Of a stretch of DNA of 64,000 bases, positions 12,907 through 24,478 are shown one piece after another. This stretch comes from Octopus vulgaris. Taxonomy: Eukaryota. The notes under the pieces are model-generated. The model searched no databases and had not been told where the DNA came from. It was given only the letters and a program-made list of their open reading frames with translations. The position numbers and the translations under genes were made by a program. Position 1 is the first letter of the stretch. Each line of letters opens with the position of its first letter. The DNA is taken from positions 51,274,001-51,338,000 of the forward strand of contig OX597831.1 of the NCBI GenBank assembly GCA_951406725.2, in the 5' to 3' direction.

Positions 12907-14302
12907 CAAAAACGTTATTTAGCTGTTGTTTTCAGCACACCTCACAACCACCTCAATGACAAAAAAAAAAAGAAAAGAAAGAGTAAACAACACGTCTTTT
13001 GTAGTTTTAAGCATTCAATATGTATTAAATGCGATAAACAACACTTTACATGCGATACGAAGCAAAACATTACAAATTAAATATGCTTAAAAAATACACT
13101 TAAGCATTAGTACGAACTTAAAAAGATTTATCTAAAAACAAAATAGTGAATTATAAATTAAATATTTTAAAAATTGAAAACGAATGTTTAAAATGCATTC
13201 AATCAATTTCTCGAACAAATCACAATTTTCATATCACCCGTGCCACATACATTCACAGAGATATGAATCTACCATAGAACAATGCCACAGCATCGTTTAT
13301 TAAACAGAAAAGATCCTTCTTGCATAATAATAAGTCTTGGTAACAATGTCATGTCTCATAGTAGACATTATCAAAGCGTAGGGGTTCAGGAGCATCCATA
13401 TCTCTTTTGCTGATTATGCTGTAGCGAGACCAATTTCTATTGTGATATTGAAATCGACTAACCTTTTATAGGTTCCCCATGTTAATCTGTAATGATTGGT
13501 TGTCTTACCTATCACGTGAGTTTAGAACATTGGTAGAGTCCTGTAATTTGATTGCGCGAGACACGGATCGCAATACATTTTCAAACAACTAATCTGAACC
13601 TGAGCTGGAGCCTACCTTCTTCTGTCTCTATATAGGTCTAACAAATCATCTCGGATAGAGGGGTGGGCGATTTTCATGAAGGCGAATCATGTAATTTTCC
13701 TGTCGTTATGCAACAGAACAGAATTAATATAACGGAACACATGCAACCAACGACGGCCAAAGCTGAATTATCCAAAAGATGGATTAACTATAAAACCAGA
13801 ATTCGTGATGTGTTTATTTTGCCCACTGTATTATTTAACGAAGAATAAAGTTACGCTGTTGTTTTTAAACTTCGTTTCTTGTTCTATTTTCACGAGTGAA
13901 CACGTAACATATGTTACATAATGGTATGCAAGATTCCGTAGTAAAACCAAGGAAGACTTTATACCTACACTATTAAAATGTATTAAGTAGCTATCTCCAA
14001 TTCTTAGAGAGCAAAGGCATAGACTTCTAGATGAGATATGACGTACTTATCACAGTTCCAGGAGAAGTTATTATTCCTGTCAATGTTGCTTGAACATGTA
14101 CCCATGCATAACTTTCTGGTGATATAATGAATATTTTCTCCCAAGTCTCTATTTAAGTAGGTGAGTCCAGCCATCCTTGGTTCACATGGAACAGCTGTGC
14201 CCTCAGATTAATTGTTTAGGTGTTCGTTGCCTCATCTCATGATGGTCTTCTCTACTGAGTAAACATGTATGCATGTATGTATGTATGTATGTATGTATGT
14301 AT

Positions 14303-14800
14303 GGTCGGGTCGTCGGCGACTAAACCGGCAACACTATCAAGCTTGTTTGGTGAGGAGGGTGTTTATTGGACACCTTGCGGGATGAAAAACAAAACCCGTC
14401 AAAGGGCAGAGAAACTCTTGAGAGTCGACGGCCATCCAATAATTGTCTTAAGGTTGTATCATGCGCGGGGACATAGAAATAATCGGACTGAATACCCGAT
14501 CGCGCAGTTAAACCATTGGGAGTGAAGGACTCCTAGCCTTTGTTAGGGCATCCTTCTAGGAGAAGGTAACTCGGGTAATTGGGATAACTCCGACATAAAA
14601 CCTGCGGCTCAGTGGTTACCGATGATGTTGACTTGTTCTTCTTTTCGGATTATGGCTGCTGTTGCTTAGCGAGTGGGATTGACTCAGTGCACAGCCTTTC
14701 CTCACTTAAAAAAAAAATCTTCTTGCACAGGCATTGTACGATAACAACATTGATTAAGCTTCGTGCAATGGTCATACTCGATAACGAGGGGGCAGCCACC
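14303..14800 (+). mobile_element. Internally deleted RTE-like non-autonomous retroelement in an (ATGT)n tract
   Basis: CTAGGAGAAGGTAACTC motif resembling RTE 5' UTRs; 3' hairpin CTCGATAACGAG followed by an (ATGT)n tail; no ORF. Confidence 0.4.
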
Positions 14801-14949
14801 ATGTATGTATGTATGTGTGCAGATTTATATGTTTTGTTTTATGTATGTATTATCATGCATATAGTTGCATGTCTAGACATGCTCATTATATACTTAAATG
14901 ATAAACTTCTGGAAAGTTTTACAGATTTTGACAGCGCCAATGATGGCTT

Positions 14950-15186
14950 GGATCTGTAGTCTTCGAATCAGCTTTCTCCTTTCTGGTTTTGAGAAGCCTA
15001 ATTTCTCAAGATGGCGAACCTTCGGTATAGGTACACACGTGACTTTGTTTACATTTCTGAAGATAACAGAAACTCTTTTCTCCTACCCCTAACCCTAACC
15101 CCCCCCCCCCCATATATAAAAAAAAGATCTTTTGGATCTTTTCTTTTTGAAGGCCAGATTTTCCTAGGTAACTAAACAAAAGATCC
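14950..15186. mobile_element. MITE (GGATCT...AGATCC ends) abutting the duplication arm
   Basis: Same terminal hexamer as the 9886 and 12538 elements; the interior is shared with 12640-12690 and 20895-20980. Confidence 0.5.
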
Positions 15187-15560
15187 TTAAGCTGTGTTGA
15201 ATTATGATAATATAACAGAACAAACAAACATAAGATAAGATAAGAGGAAATTAAGAATGAAAACATCAACAAAGATTTACTAAAACTCATTAATAGAAGA
15301 AATTGCTCAATTATCTCCCTTGAATAAATCAGTTACGAAAGAAAGTTTAATTGTTAAATTTGTAAAATATAGACAAGAAAAGCAAATTCTATAAAAGTAC
15401 TTATATCAAACAATAATAAATGATGAACTGAATAAAATACTTAATAAATTCTCTTATTTGTTTTTAGTGTAAATAATAAAATTGAATATATTGTTTATAT
15501 AAAATCAGTCAATGATTTTGCCATTAAAGGTATATAATAAAAATGTCAACTAGCATAATC

Positions 15561-15723
15561 ATACTTACCTGGCACAGGGGTAAACCATGATCAGCTAGGT
15601 GGTTCTCCCAGAGTGAGGCCCTTCCATTGCACTCCGGTTGGGTTGACCTTTGCGATCGCCCCAAATGTGGGCGACTCGGGTGCGCTATTTCTAAGTGTGG
15701 GGTCTGCGTTCGCGCTCACCCCG
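15561..15723 (+). ncRNA. U1: U1 spliceosomal snRNA (variant)
   Basis: Identical by eye to the 8404-8566 copy; all four stem-loops can form; a 3'-box-like AAAGAACAGA lies just downstream. Confidence 0.95.
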
Positions 15724-16970
15724 TAAATCAAACAAAGAACAGACTGAATAATCCCTCTCCCTTTTAACTTTATCCTTGATTTTTATTTATCCCTCAGAGA
15801 TGTGATATAATCTGTGTACAGATTGTATATTCCTCTCCCTTTTTTACTTTATCCTTGTTATTAACAATACATGAGAGATGATATAATCTGTGTACAGATA
15901 TATTTATTTACTTCATTCGATTGTGCTCGAGCTGGAGCCAAAAAGACTTCAATTTCAAACCCATTTGCTTTACTCTATCAGATTAAAGTTGATTCGCGGA
16001 GCGGATATAGACTATTCCAATTCATAATGTTGGCTAAACGGATCAGTTTTCATTATAACAATTTTATTAATAGGTAGGCATACATATATACAAAAGCGAT
16101 TGAGTTCGAAAGTAATGTAATTTTTATTACCTCGCGTGCACAACAGTGAGAAATAGAGGACTTCGCTTTCCTTTACACACACACACACACACATATATAT
16201 ACATTGAGGCCTTCCGCAGTTTCTCTCTACCAATTTCACCGACCAGGCATAGTTGGTCCGAGGCGATAGCAGAAGTCACGCAGTAGGACTGAATGCAAAA
16301 CCACGTGACTGCAAAGCGAGCTTCTTAACCACAGTCGTACCTGCTTCTATAAGAGAATATTTATTGAGAAAGGGCTAGTCGATTGTATCGATCCCAGGGC
16401 TCAGCTGGTACCTATTTTATCGATCTCGAAAGTATGAAAAACAAAGTTGACCTCGGCGGAAAGTCAACTTAGAAAGTAAAGACGGAAGAAATGCTGTTAA
16501 GCATTTTGTCCGGCATGCTAACCATTCTGCCAACTCGTCGCCTTAGTAATAATAATAACAATGAAAATAATACGAAGGTATTAAACAATAGTTTCCAATA
16601 TAAATAGACATTTGTAATGAAATAATGAACAAGTATGTGTATTCACATGCCCATGAAAAGACCAGTGAGAGCATCTCTCGGGTGGAAACCAAAGAGACAA
16701 GATTGTCTAAATTTGATTAAGGGTTGTGGTCATGGATCTAGCAAACATTGATCTGGTTTAGTAGCAGTCTTGGGTCTTGAAAACTACATTTTAAAAAAAT
16801 AATCTGCTGGAAATTTGAAATACTTCAAGTGGCTCAAAGAAAAATTAACAAAATCAGGTATTTTTCATTTTCTTCCGACCACAAATCTTAATCTGAAAAT
16901 TTTCAGGAAATGTACTTTTGATATAGTTTTGCATGCTGATGACAAATTTCACAGTTATTATTTTGGGAAA

Positions 16971-17512
16971 TCTATATATATAAAACAAAGGATGTCTGTG
17001 TGTGTAATATGTATGTATTTCTACAGTTTTCAACCGATTTTCACCAAACTTTCCTCACACATTACTTGTGTGCCGAGGATGCACAAGTTTTTGCCCAGAG
17101 CTCCCGAGAAATCGAGAAAAAAGGTTCCTTTTCTCATTCTCTTTTGCTCACACATATTCTCTCTCACCCTCTGCAACAGTTCCTCTCTTTTAGTCTATGT
17201 CTTCTTTCCTTCCATCCTTCTTTCTTTTTCCCTCCTCCTTCTTTCTTTTTTCTTTCTCCCTCTTTCTTTCTCTTGTTATTTCCATCTTTCTTTTTTCTCC
17301 CTTCCTCTTTCTTTGTTTCTTTCTCCCTCCCTTCCTCTTTCTTTTTATCTCTTTCTTTCTTCCTTCCTCCTGTTTTCTGTCTTTCTTTCTTTCATTCTGT
17401 TCGATTAAAGGCGGTGCTCCAGCATGGTCACAACCAAATGACTGAAACAAGTAAATGAATAAAGAAAAACTATGCCATTTTAATCATGAGTAACGCTGGG
17501 TATCTCTGCTAC
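16971..17512 (+). mobile_element. Non-autonomous Helitron-like element with pyrimidine tract and SINE fragment
   Basis: A|TCTATATATATAAAAC...TGTCTGTGTG start; the 3' end GAGTAACGCTGGGTATCTCTGCTAC resembles that of the 4657-5170 Helitron. Confidence 0.5.
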
Positions 17513-18779
17513 TAAATAATAAACAAGAGCATTAAAAGTTGCATATGACTGAATTTTAAGCCTCTGTGCTCACAAAGGAATCCAAAACTGCTTGTTGTCA
17601 TGGAAACTCTACTTCATTAATTAATTCTGCTGATGACAGCAGAATTAATTCGTCTATCAAATCTACCGGCAACAACTATTATGTATGTAATCATATATAG
17701 ATAGATATATATAAAAGACGATGTACAAGTGTTCAGCTTTTACCGAAAGACCTGAACAAATGATTTGTTAAATCAACGTTGTCTGAAGAGGTGCACAGTG
17801 TTATTAAAATCACTCTGAATAAATCCCAGCAATAATCTTTTCAGGCTTTCCAATATTTTAAAATTATATAAACAGAAACAATCGGGGGCAGGAAGTGGGG
17901 CTAAAAAAAATCATGGGTACTAGTATCGTAGACTGGTCCCGGTTTGCGCACACGCGCGTCCGCGCTAGCCAGACGTAGGTAGTTGATATTCGATCCTGCG
18001 AGCTGACTGGCGCATGCGCGGTGTGCGATTCGCGCATGCGCGTTACACCCCCCCCCTAATTTGTTAAACTTAATGAATTAATTTCTTCACACAAATGTAT
18101 ATAATTTTTTTGGTAAAATTACAGAGTAACACACGCACGATTTTCACTAAAAAAAAAAAAAAACTCGGATTTTTTAGATACCTTTCTGCTTTTTAAGACA
18201 ATAAGGTGTTATTGGAGGGAAATCTGGCTGCTATTTCTAGCTGCCTGAGTGACAACATAGCGATTCCCTCGCGGATTTACAGATAAATGAATTAATTACT
18301 ATTTTACAGAATAAAATTAATGAATTAATTATATAAATTAAATAATTCTTGAAAATTAATTAATATTAATAATATTTTTTGAACAAAGTAAATAATTTTT
18401 AAAACTTAAATAATAATTTTTTTTACACAAACGCGAACGTATATAATTTCTGAAACTTAATTATTTTTTTCTTTTACACAGACGTATATAATTTATTAAA
18501 CTTAATAAATTAATTTCTTCACACAAATGTATAAATTTTTTGGCACTACTACGGAATTAGCTGTCAGGCTAAATTCTTTCCGTAGAATTTATCAAAAAAC
18601 GCGCAAAATTATTCCGTAGAATTTATCAAATTAAAAGACGCAAAATTAATATTTCTTTGAAATTGCAAATTATTTAGAATATAAAAATATAATTTTCAAC
18701 AGAGAGAATTTATCAAAATATAAAACAAATGAAGTTTGAAGTTAAGTTTTAAAATAAATGTGATACCTATGCTCTGTAG

Positions 18780-19310
18780 ATACTTATACTCTGTAAGGTC
18801 TCTGTAAGTTGCTAAATCTTCTTTTGCCCAATAATATAATATATAAATGATTTGTTCACACTTCAATTTACTATTTTCTAGAAATGTTCCTTTTCTAATT
18901 GAAACCATTTTTCTACAAGGCCTTCCACATAACCATATCACTCCATCCGACAATTTTTTTTTAGCTACATCCCTCATGCTAGTTCCACACGATGTACATA
19001 TTTTCTGGGTATTTAAAAGTCCATGTCTCTTAAGCCAATTAATACTATCTGCTGTTGTAGCGATGGCAATATCGCGGTGATTAATTCCTTACTGAAAATT
19101 TTTTCGCACGTGATGATATCAAAGTGAACAACTTTGAATTACGCGCGGTTTCGGTGGTGGTGGAGGTGGTAGTGGTGGTCATTAGTGAACAAATTATTGA
19201 TATATTATATTATTGGGCAAAAGAAGATTTAGCAAAGGGACTAACACAGGAATGTCGTATAGCAAATGTAACCGTAACAGATTGGAGAAATTTTTGCCGT
19301 GATACATGTG
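18780..19310. pseudogene. Merlin (IS1595/ISXO2-like) transposase fragments, in both orientations
   Basis: Minus strand: WLKRHGLL..CTSCGTSM..SDGVIWLCGRPCRKMVSIRKGTFLENSKL..IIYILYYW. Plus strand: IIDILYYWAKE..TVTDWRNFCRDTC. Confidence 0.8.
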
Positions 19311-19517
19311 CCCCAATAATTACAGGTATAAATCTGAATAGAGTAGCTGTAGATCCCTCAATAGTTCGGCGTAGGTATTTTCTTTTTCGTAGATCTTTAG
19401 CTTATGTTAACATCCGCTGGGCAGCTGATTATGTGTATGTATGTATGTATGTATGTATGTATGTATGTATGTATGTATGTATGTATGTATGTATGTATGT
19501 ATGTATGTATGTATGTA

Positions 19518-19853
19518 GTGAAGGCGCATGGCTCAGTGGTTAGAGCGTCGAGCTTACGATCGTGAGGTTGTGATCTCAAATCCCGGACCGGGCTGCGTGT
19601 TGTGTTCTTGAGCAAGACACTATATTTCACGTTGCTCCAGTAACTCAGCTGTAGAAATGAGATGCGACGTCACGGGTGCCAAGCTGTATCGGCCTTTCCC
19701 TTTCCCTTGGATAACACTGGTGGCGTGGCGAGAGGAGGCCGGTATGCATGGGTGACTACTGGTCTTCCATAAACTACCTTGGCCAGACTTGTGACTAGGA
19801 GGGTAACTTTCTAGGTGCAAGCCCATGGTCAGTGTCGTGACCGAAGGGGGTCC
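19518..19853 (+). mobile_element. tRNA-derived SINE, full length, within (ATGT)n
   Basis: TGGCTCAGTGGTTAGAGC A box and central GTTGTGTTCTTGAGCAAGACACT domain shared with other copies. Confidence 0.75.
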
Positions 19854-22466
19854 CAGGCCCATGTATGTATGTATTTAGGTAGGTAGGTACGTACGTACGT
19901 ACATTGGTAGGTAGATAAGTTGACAAGCAGATAGGTAGGTAGGTAGGTAGGTAGGTAGGTAGGTAGGTTGATGTTATGTATGTAGATATTTAAATTTACA
20001 TCCATACATATAAAGGCTTGCAATTTTGTTATTCTTTCAAGCAACCCAGTCGTCTCTTTTTTCTCTATTATATCATCACCACATCTGTTTATGTCTGTCA
20101 GTCTGTCTTACCATGTTTTGAGTGCCTGTGTATGTGTGTGAGAGAGAGGGAGAGAAAGCACGTTTTTCGTGTGTTCTTAAATTTCATAAAATATAAAGAA
20201 GTCCATGAATAAGAAATTAAATGCATAGGAAAAATAAATAAATGAATAAATAAAAATGAAAAATTATCGACGAAATTTGTTCAAGCCAATAAAACATGTC
20301 TTAACACGCTATCTCTCAACAGTCGGAGAGCCATATAGTAACGAAATGGTCCTTCATTTCATTGGCATTTGCAGAATACGATTCCAATTAAGAGGGTATT
20401 TACACGCTATATTTGTGTCAAGTCAGTCATAAATACTTGGGTTCGTTTACTTTTGATAAATTCCAAAGGTGTCATTGACAACCAAGGCCCTACGCTCCCA
20501 CCTTAAAGCAGATCTACTTAAACACAAAATTATTCTACGAGAAACACGTAGAGAAGAGATATGATATGCTCGTAAGTAATGACTTTTATAAGCTCTTTTT
20601 TTTTTTAATTAATTGGTGTGTTTTCTTCTTTTTCATGTATTACTTTTCATACAAACTTCTATTATTGACATGTTGGTTTTGAAGTAAAGGTAGCGAAAAG
20701 CTGAGTAAGATTAAAGACGGACGTCGGATTTAGGAAGCACCAAGTTGCAATTTCTCCGTTTTGTCGGGGTTTATTCAGATTTTTTTTTCACGGTGCCCTT
20801 AGAAATACCTTGGACTATCTTCTTAGGAAAAAAAAAAACGGGCGTAACTTCGGTATATATATCCGGAAATACCGGATACATTTCAACAAAGTGTTTTTTT
20901 TTAATATATATGGGGGGGGGGGGATTAGGGTTGGGGGGAGGAAAGGGTTTCTGTTATCTTCAGAAATGTAAACAAAACCACTTCTGGTACTTACTGTACG
21001 TATACCGAAGGATCACCAAAAAACGAATTTCGAAAAATGATGTTTTTTTTTTCGTATCCCATTTGTTGCCATTTCACTTCATTTACTTCGTTAATATTCT
21101 TGGAGAAGTATGAACATCCTATTTTCTCTTTGACGTACTTATACAAGTATGTCCCCCTCTCCACCCGAATTTGTTTCCTCATAATTTTCAGAAAACTGTA
21201 TTTTTTAACTATTTTTCGTTAAAAGTCTATGACGTCATCAGTGAGTGTGTATAACATTGGTCCATGTGCTCGACTGAGCTGAACAGTCAAGGGCATAACT
21301 ACGCATGTGTGCCCACGCCTGACTTTGTTTCCTCATAACTTTCAGAAAAATGGATATTTTTTCATGAAATTTTCAACAAATACACTTCAGATGTAGTCTT
21401 GGATTCAGTGTCACTGTATGACACGTTGGGCAAGTGTTTTCTACTATAGCCCTGGACCAACCAAAGCCTTGGGAGTAGATTTGATTGACAGAAACTGAAA
21501 CAGTCAAATGATCAAAACAAGTAAAAGAATACATACATACATACATACATACATACATACATACATACATACATACATACATACATGCACACACACACAC
21601 ACACACATATATACATGTAAATGGAACAAAAATACAAGAGAAACAATTAGAGGGACAGGCAAAAAAAGACGGGTAATACTTGGCTTCCTTTCATCAGTCA
21701 AGTCCCAGAAGTCATGACCATTTCAGGCAGTTACACTTGAGATGATTTGATCTGGTTGCCCCCAAAAAAGTCTAAGCTAAGAGCATTAGACCCCTTTGTA
21801 AGAAAGCTAGCAAATGTGTATAGCAACAAAGACAAACAAAAAATATAGAGAACATGGTACACAATTATGAATACAAACAATAAGAAATTACAACAGGCGT
21901 CTTTCGACTGAGAATGAATCATATTGAGCTGGCATGTATAAAGTGAAAGCCTAAAGGCAAGAACATGAGAGATGGACACAAGAGGTGTTGACATATATAT
22001 ATATATATATATATAAAATAAACATAGGAGTGGCTGTGTGGTAAGAAGCTTGCTTCCAAACTACATGGTTCCTGGTTCAGTATATGTATACACACACACA
22101 CACACAAATGTGTGTGTATGTGTATATATATGTGTGTGTATGCATGCACATTTGTCTAGACATTGCATGATGGTTCTAAATGTGCATCATCATCATCATC
22201 ATACAAGCAAGGTTGTTCATTGCCAGTCTTCTGTGAAAAATATGTCTGGCTATGGAAAAATATTACTCGGGTAGAAGAGAAGTGAGGGTTAGTGACAAGA
22301 AGGACATCTGGCCATAGGAAATCTGCCTCAACAAATTCCATCTGATTCATACATGCGTAATAAAATCGATGTTAAATGATGATGATGGTGGTGGTGGTGG
22401 TGGTGGTGGTGGTGATGATGAGGATGATGAGGAAGAAGAAGAAAAGAATAATAATGATAATAATTA

Positions 22467-22805
22467 ATTCGTTTATTGGCCACAAGGGCTAACAAAAATC
22501 AGATAAAACATAAAAGGACAAAATACAGGATGAAAGTTACAAAAAGGGTTTTGTCCATTTGAAAAGTCCGTGTACAAATGCAAGTTAACAACAAAAATAT
22601 GTAACAATTAAAACTTCCAATAGGAGGGAGGCACTTCGAAAGGTTACTCGTGGAAAAATCCATAAAAGCCACGGGACCCTGGTCAAAAGGAAGATAGAGA
22701 GCCCCTTTCTCCTTTTATATTTACCTCTTTTGTTACAGGTGTAACCTCAGAATTGGTCCGTTCATACTGGCCATTCTTCCGACATTCACCCACCTTTCAA
22801 TAAAA
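22467..22805 (-). mobile_element. 5'-truncated L1/Tx1-like LINE 3' end
   Basis: Minus strand FIERWVNVGRMASMNGPILRLHL-stop, then a 3' UTR ending CCTTGTGGCCAATAAAC. Confidence 0.5.
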
Positions 22806-24056
22806 TAATAATTGTTAATTTCTAGATCATTTCCTTTACCCCTGTAGCTGTTGGCAATGATACTATTATGTTGAGTCATGGGGAACAATACCTACCTGCA
22901 TTTCCTGATTGACTATGCCAGAAATTAGTGCATCTCAACAACTATTTCTGATTTCAATTGCTTTTCCTTGCCTTCATATAATTCATCTCACTTTTGACTA
23001 TATAACTGTCAAGTTTAATAGCTTGTCTCACTCTGTTTGTAAGATCTACTCATGATAGATCATTCCTCTTCCATGCATTCTCTTCCAGAGCTATATTTCA
23101 TGTGTAAGTCATTTTACATATCTATTTGTCTTATGAAAAAAAAAGAAAAGAAAAAAGAAGTATTTCATATCAGGTTAATGATTTCTCACCTAATCTTCGG
23201 GATCTTGAAGATCCAATATATTTATTGGATTAATGAACAAACCTCTTGAATCTATGCAATTTTTTTAGATTTTGTGTTGGTATGAGATTGTTTTATGTTG
23301 CAATATATGTTTGCATTTGATTCCAGATAATGATCTACTGCTTAACTCATTTTGAAAATATTTATGCAAAAAGGAAAGCAAGTTCAATTATCCTCTCTGT
23401 TATGCTCAAACCATAGAGAAAATGAGGGGACCAAGGTTAGTATTTGACTGAAATATAATATTGATTACAATGTGACTTTGCATCTTTTGAACTTAACTCA
23501 GAAAATAAAATTTAACTGCTGTTATGATGGTCTTGTGATATATGGCATCAATTTGGCTGACTCAGCAGAATATTTTGGCTTATCAATCAAAAATTTCTAC
23601 TTATAACAACTGATGGACATTAGTTCTGAACTTCTGTTTAGGATCAGTGTTGAGTAATACAGTGTGTAGAATTAGTCCCCTAATGAGAAGTTACATCATT
23701 TTTCTTCATTCTTGAAAATATCTACTATGTATGCCTAGACTTCTCATGAAATTAAGGTGTCTTCTCTTTTGCCTTTTTCTTGTCCTGATGGCATCAAATA
23801 CTAACAAATTCCTACTTATACTTCGCTTTAATGTAGAAAGCAAATTATTGGCTAGAATCATCAGCAGTTAAAAGAGAAAATTACACACCTTTGGTGCCAT
23901 GGAGTTTCAAATGTTTTAATGGCACATATAAAGGGTAAGAATATAAAGCACATATAAAAGATAGACTACTCATAAAATTAAAATCAAGAGATTATATTGG
24001 ACTTAAAAGAACATCCTTGATATGTTAGTGTGTTTCAACAGCAAATACCTCTAAAA

Positions 24057-24142
24057 ATGCTTGGTACATTTGATTTCACTCAAACACAGTTTGAGAAATG
24101 GCTAAGCAAACAGAATGTGGAGAAACCAACTCAAACTAATGA
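24057..24142 (+). CDS. FLACC1: FLACC1-like exon 1 (MLGTFDFTQTQFEKWLSKQNVEKPTQTN)
   Basis: Acceptor TTCAACAG at 24041, ATG at 24057, donor GTAATC, phase 2. Confidence 0.5.
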
Positions 24143-24422
24143 GTAATCTTTCATGTTTCATTTTCTTTAAGTTATATATATCATCATCAACATCATCATC
24201 ATTTAAATATATATATATATATATATTAGAGAAAAACCACTATTATGTAATTCAAACAAATGATAGACATAAACCAAATCATAAAGAAAAAATAAAATAT
24301 ATTATAAAACATAATTTGATCACAAAAAGTACAAAAAAATGAATGTTATACAATCATATTGTGAAATTTGATTCAATACTAAATTGAATTTTTCTCTGTA
24401 AGTTTGGAGTTATACTCCCTAA

Positions 24423-24478
<56 letters not shown>

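Larger units (their letters stand above)
15187..17916 (+). repeat. Right arm of inverted segmental duplication carrying U1 snRNA
   Basis: Reverse complement of 6717-8956. It has ~550 extra bp (about 16535-17085), an ~80-bp local duplication near 15830, and lacks ~125 bp at 17640. Confidence 0.95.

Noticed and set aside
12452-13135. Direct repeat around the 12538-12906 MITE as an LTR pair
   Set aside because: Only ~80 bp of a local repeat is duplicated, with no TG..CA ends, PBS or PPT.
15561-15571. U1 variant with altered splice-site specificity serving the neighbouring gene's weak donors
   Set aside because: The 5' guide sequence is fully canonical and all inferred introns are ordinary GT-AG.
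16815-17458. 197-aa and 152-aa F/L/S-rich ORFs (mirror ORFs at 7288-7679)
   Set aside because: They run through a Helitron and a polypyrimidine tract and show no protein signature.
19518-19590. tRNA gene (also SINE heads at 35506, 47481, 57039 and 60555)
   Set aside because: The A/B boxes continue into SINE bodies, with no intact cloverleaf or terminator.
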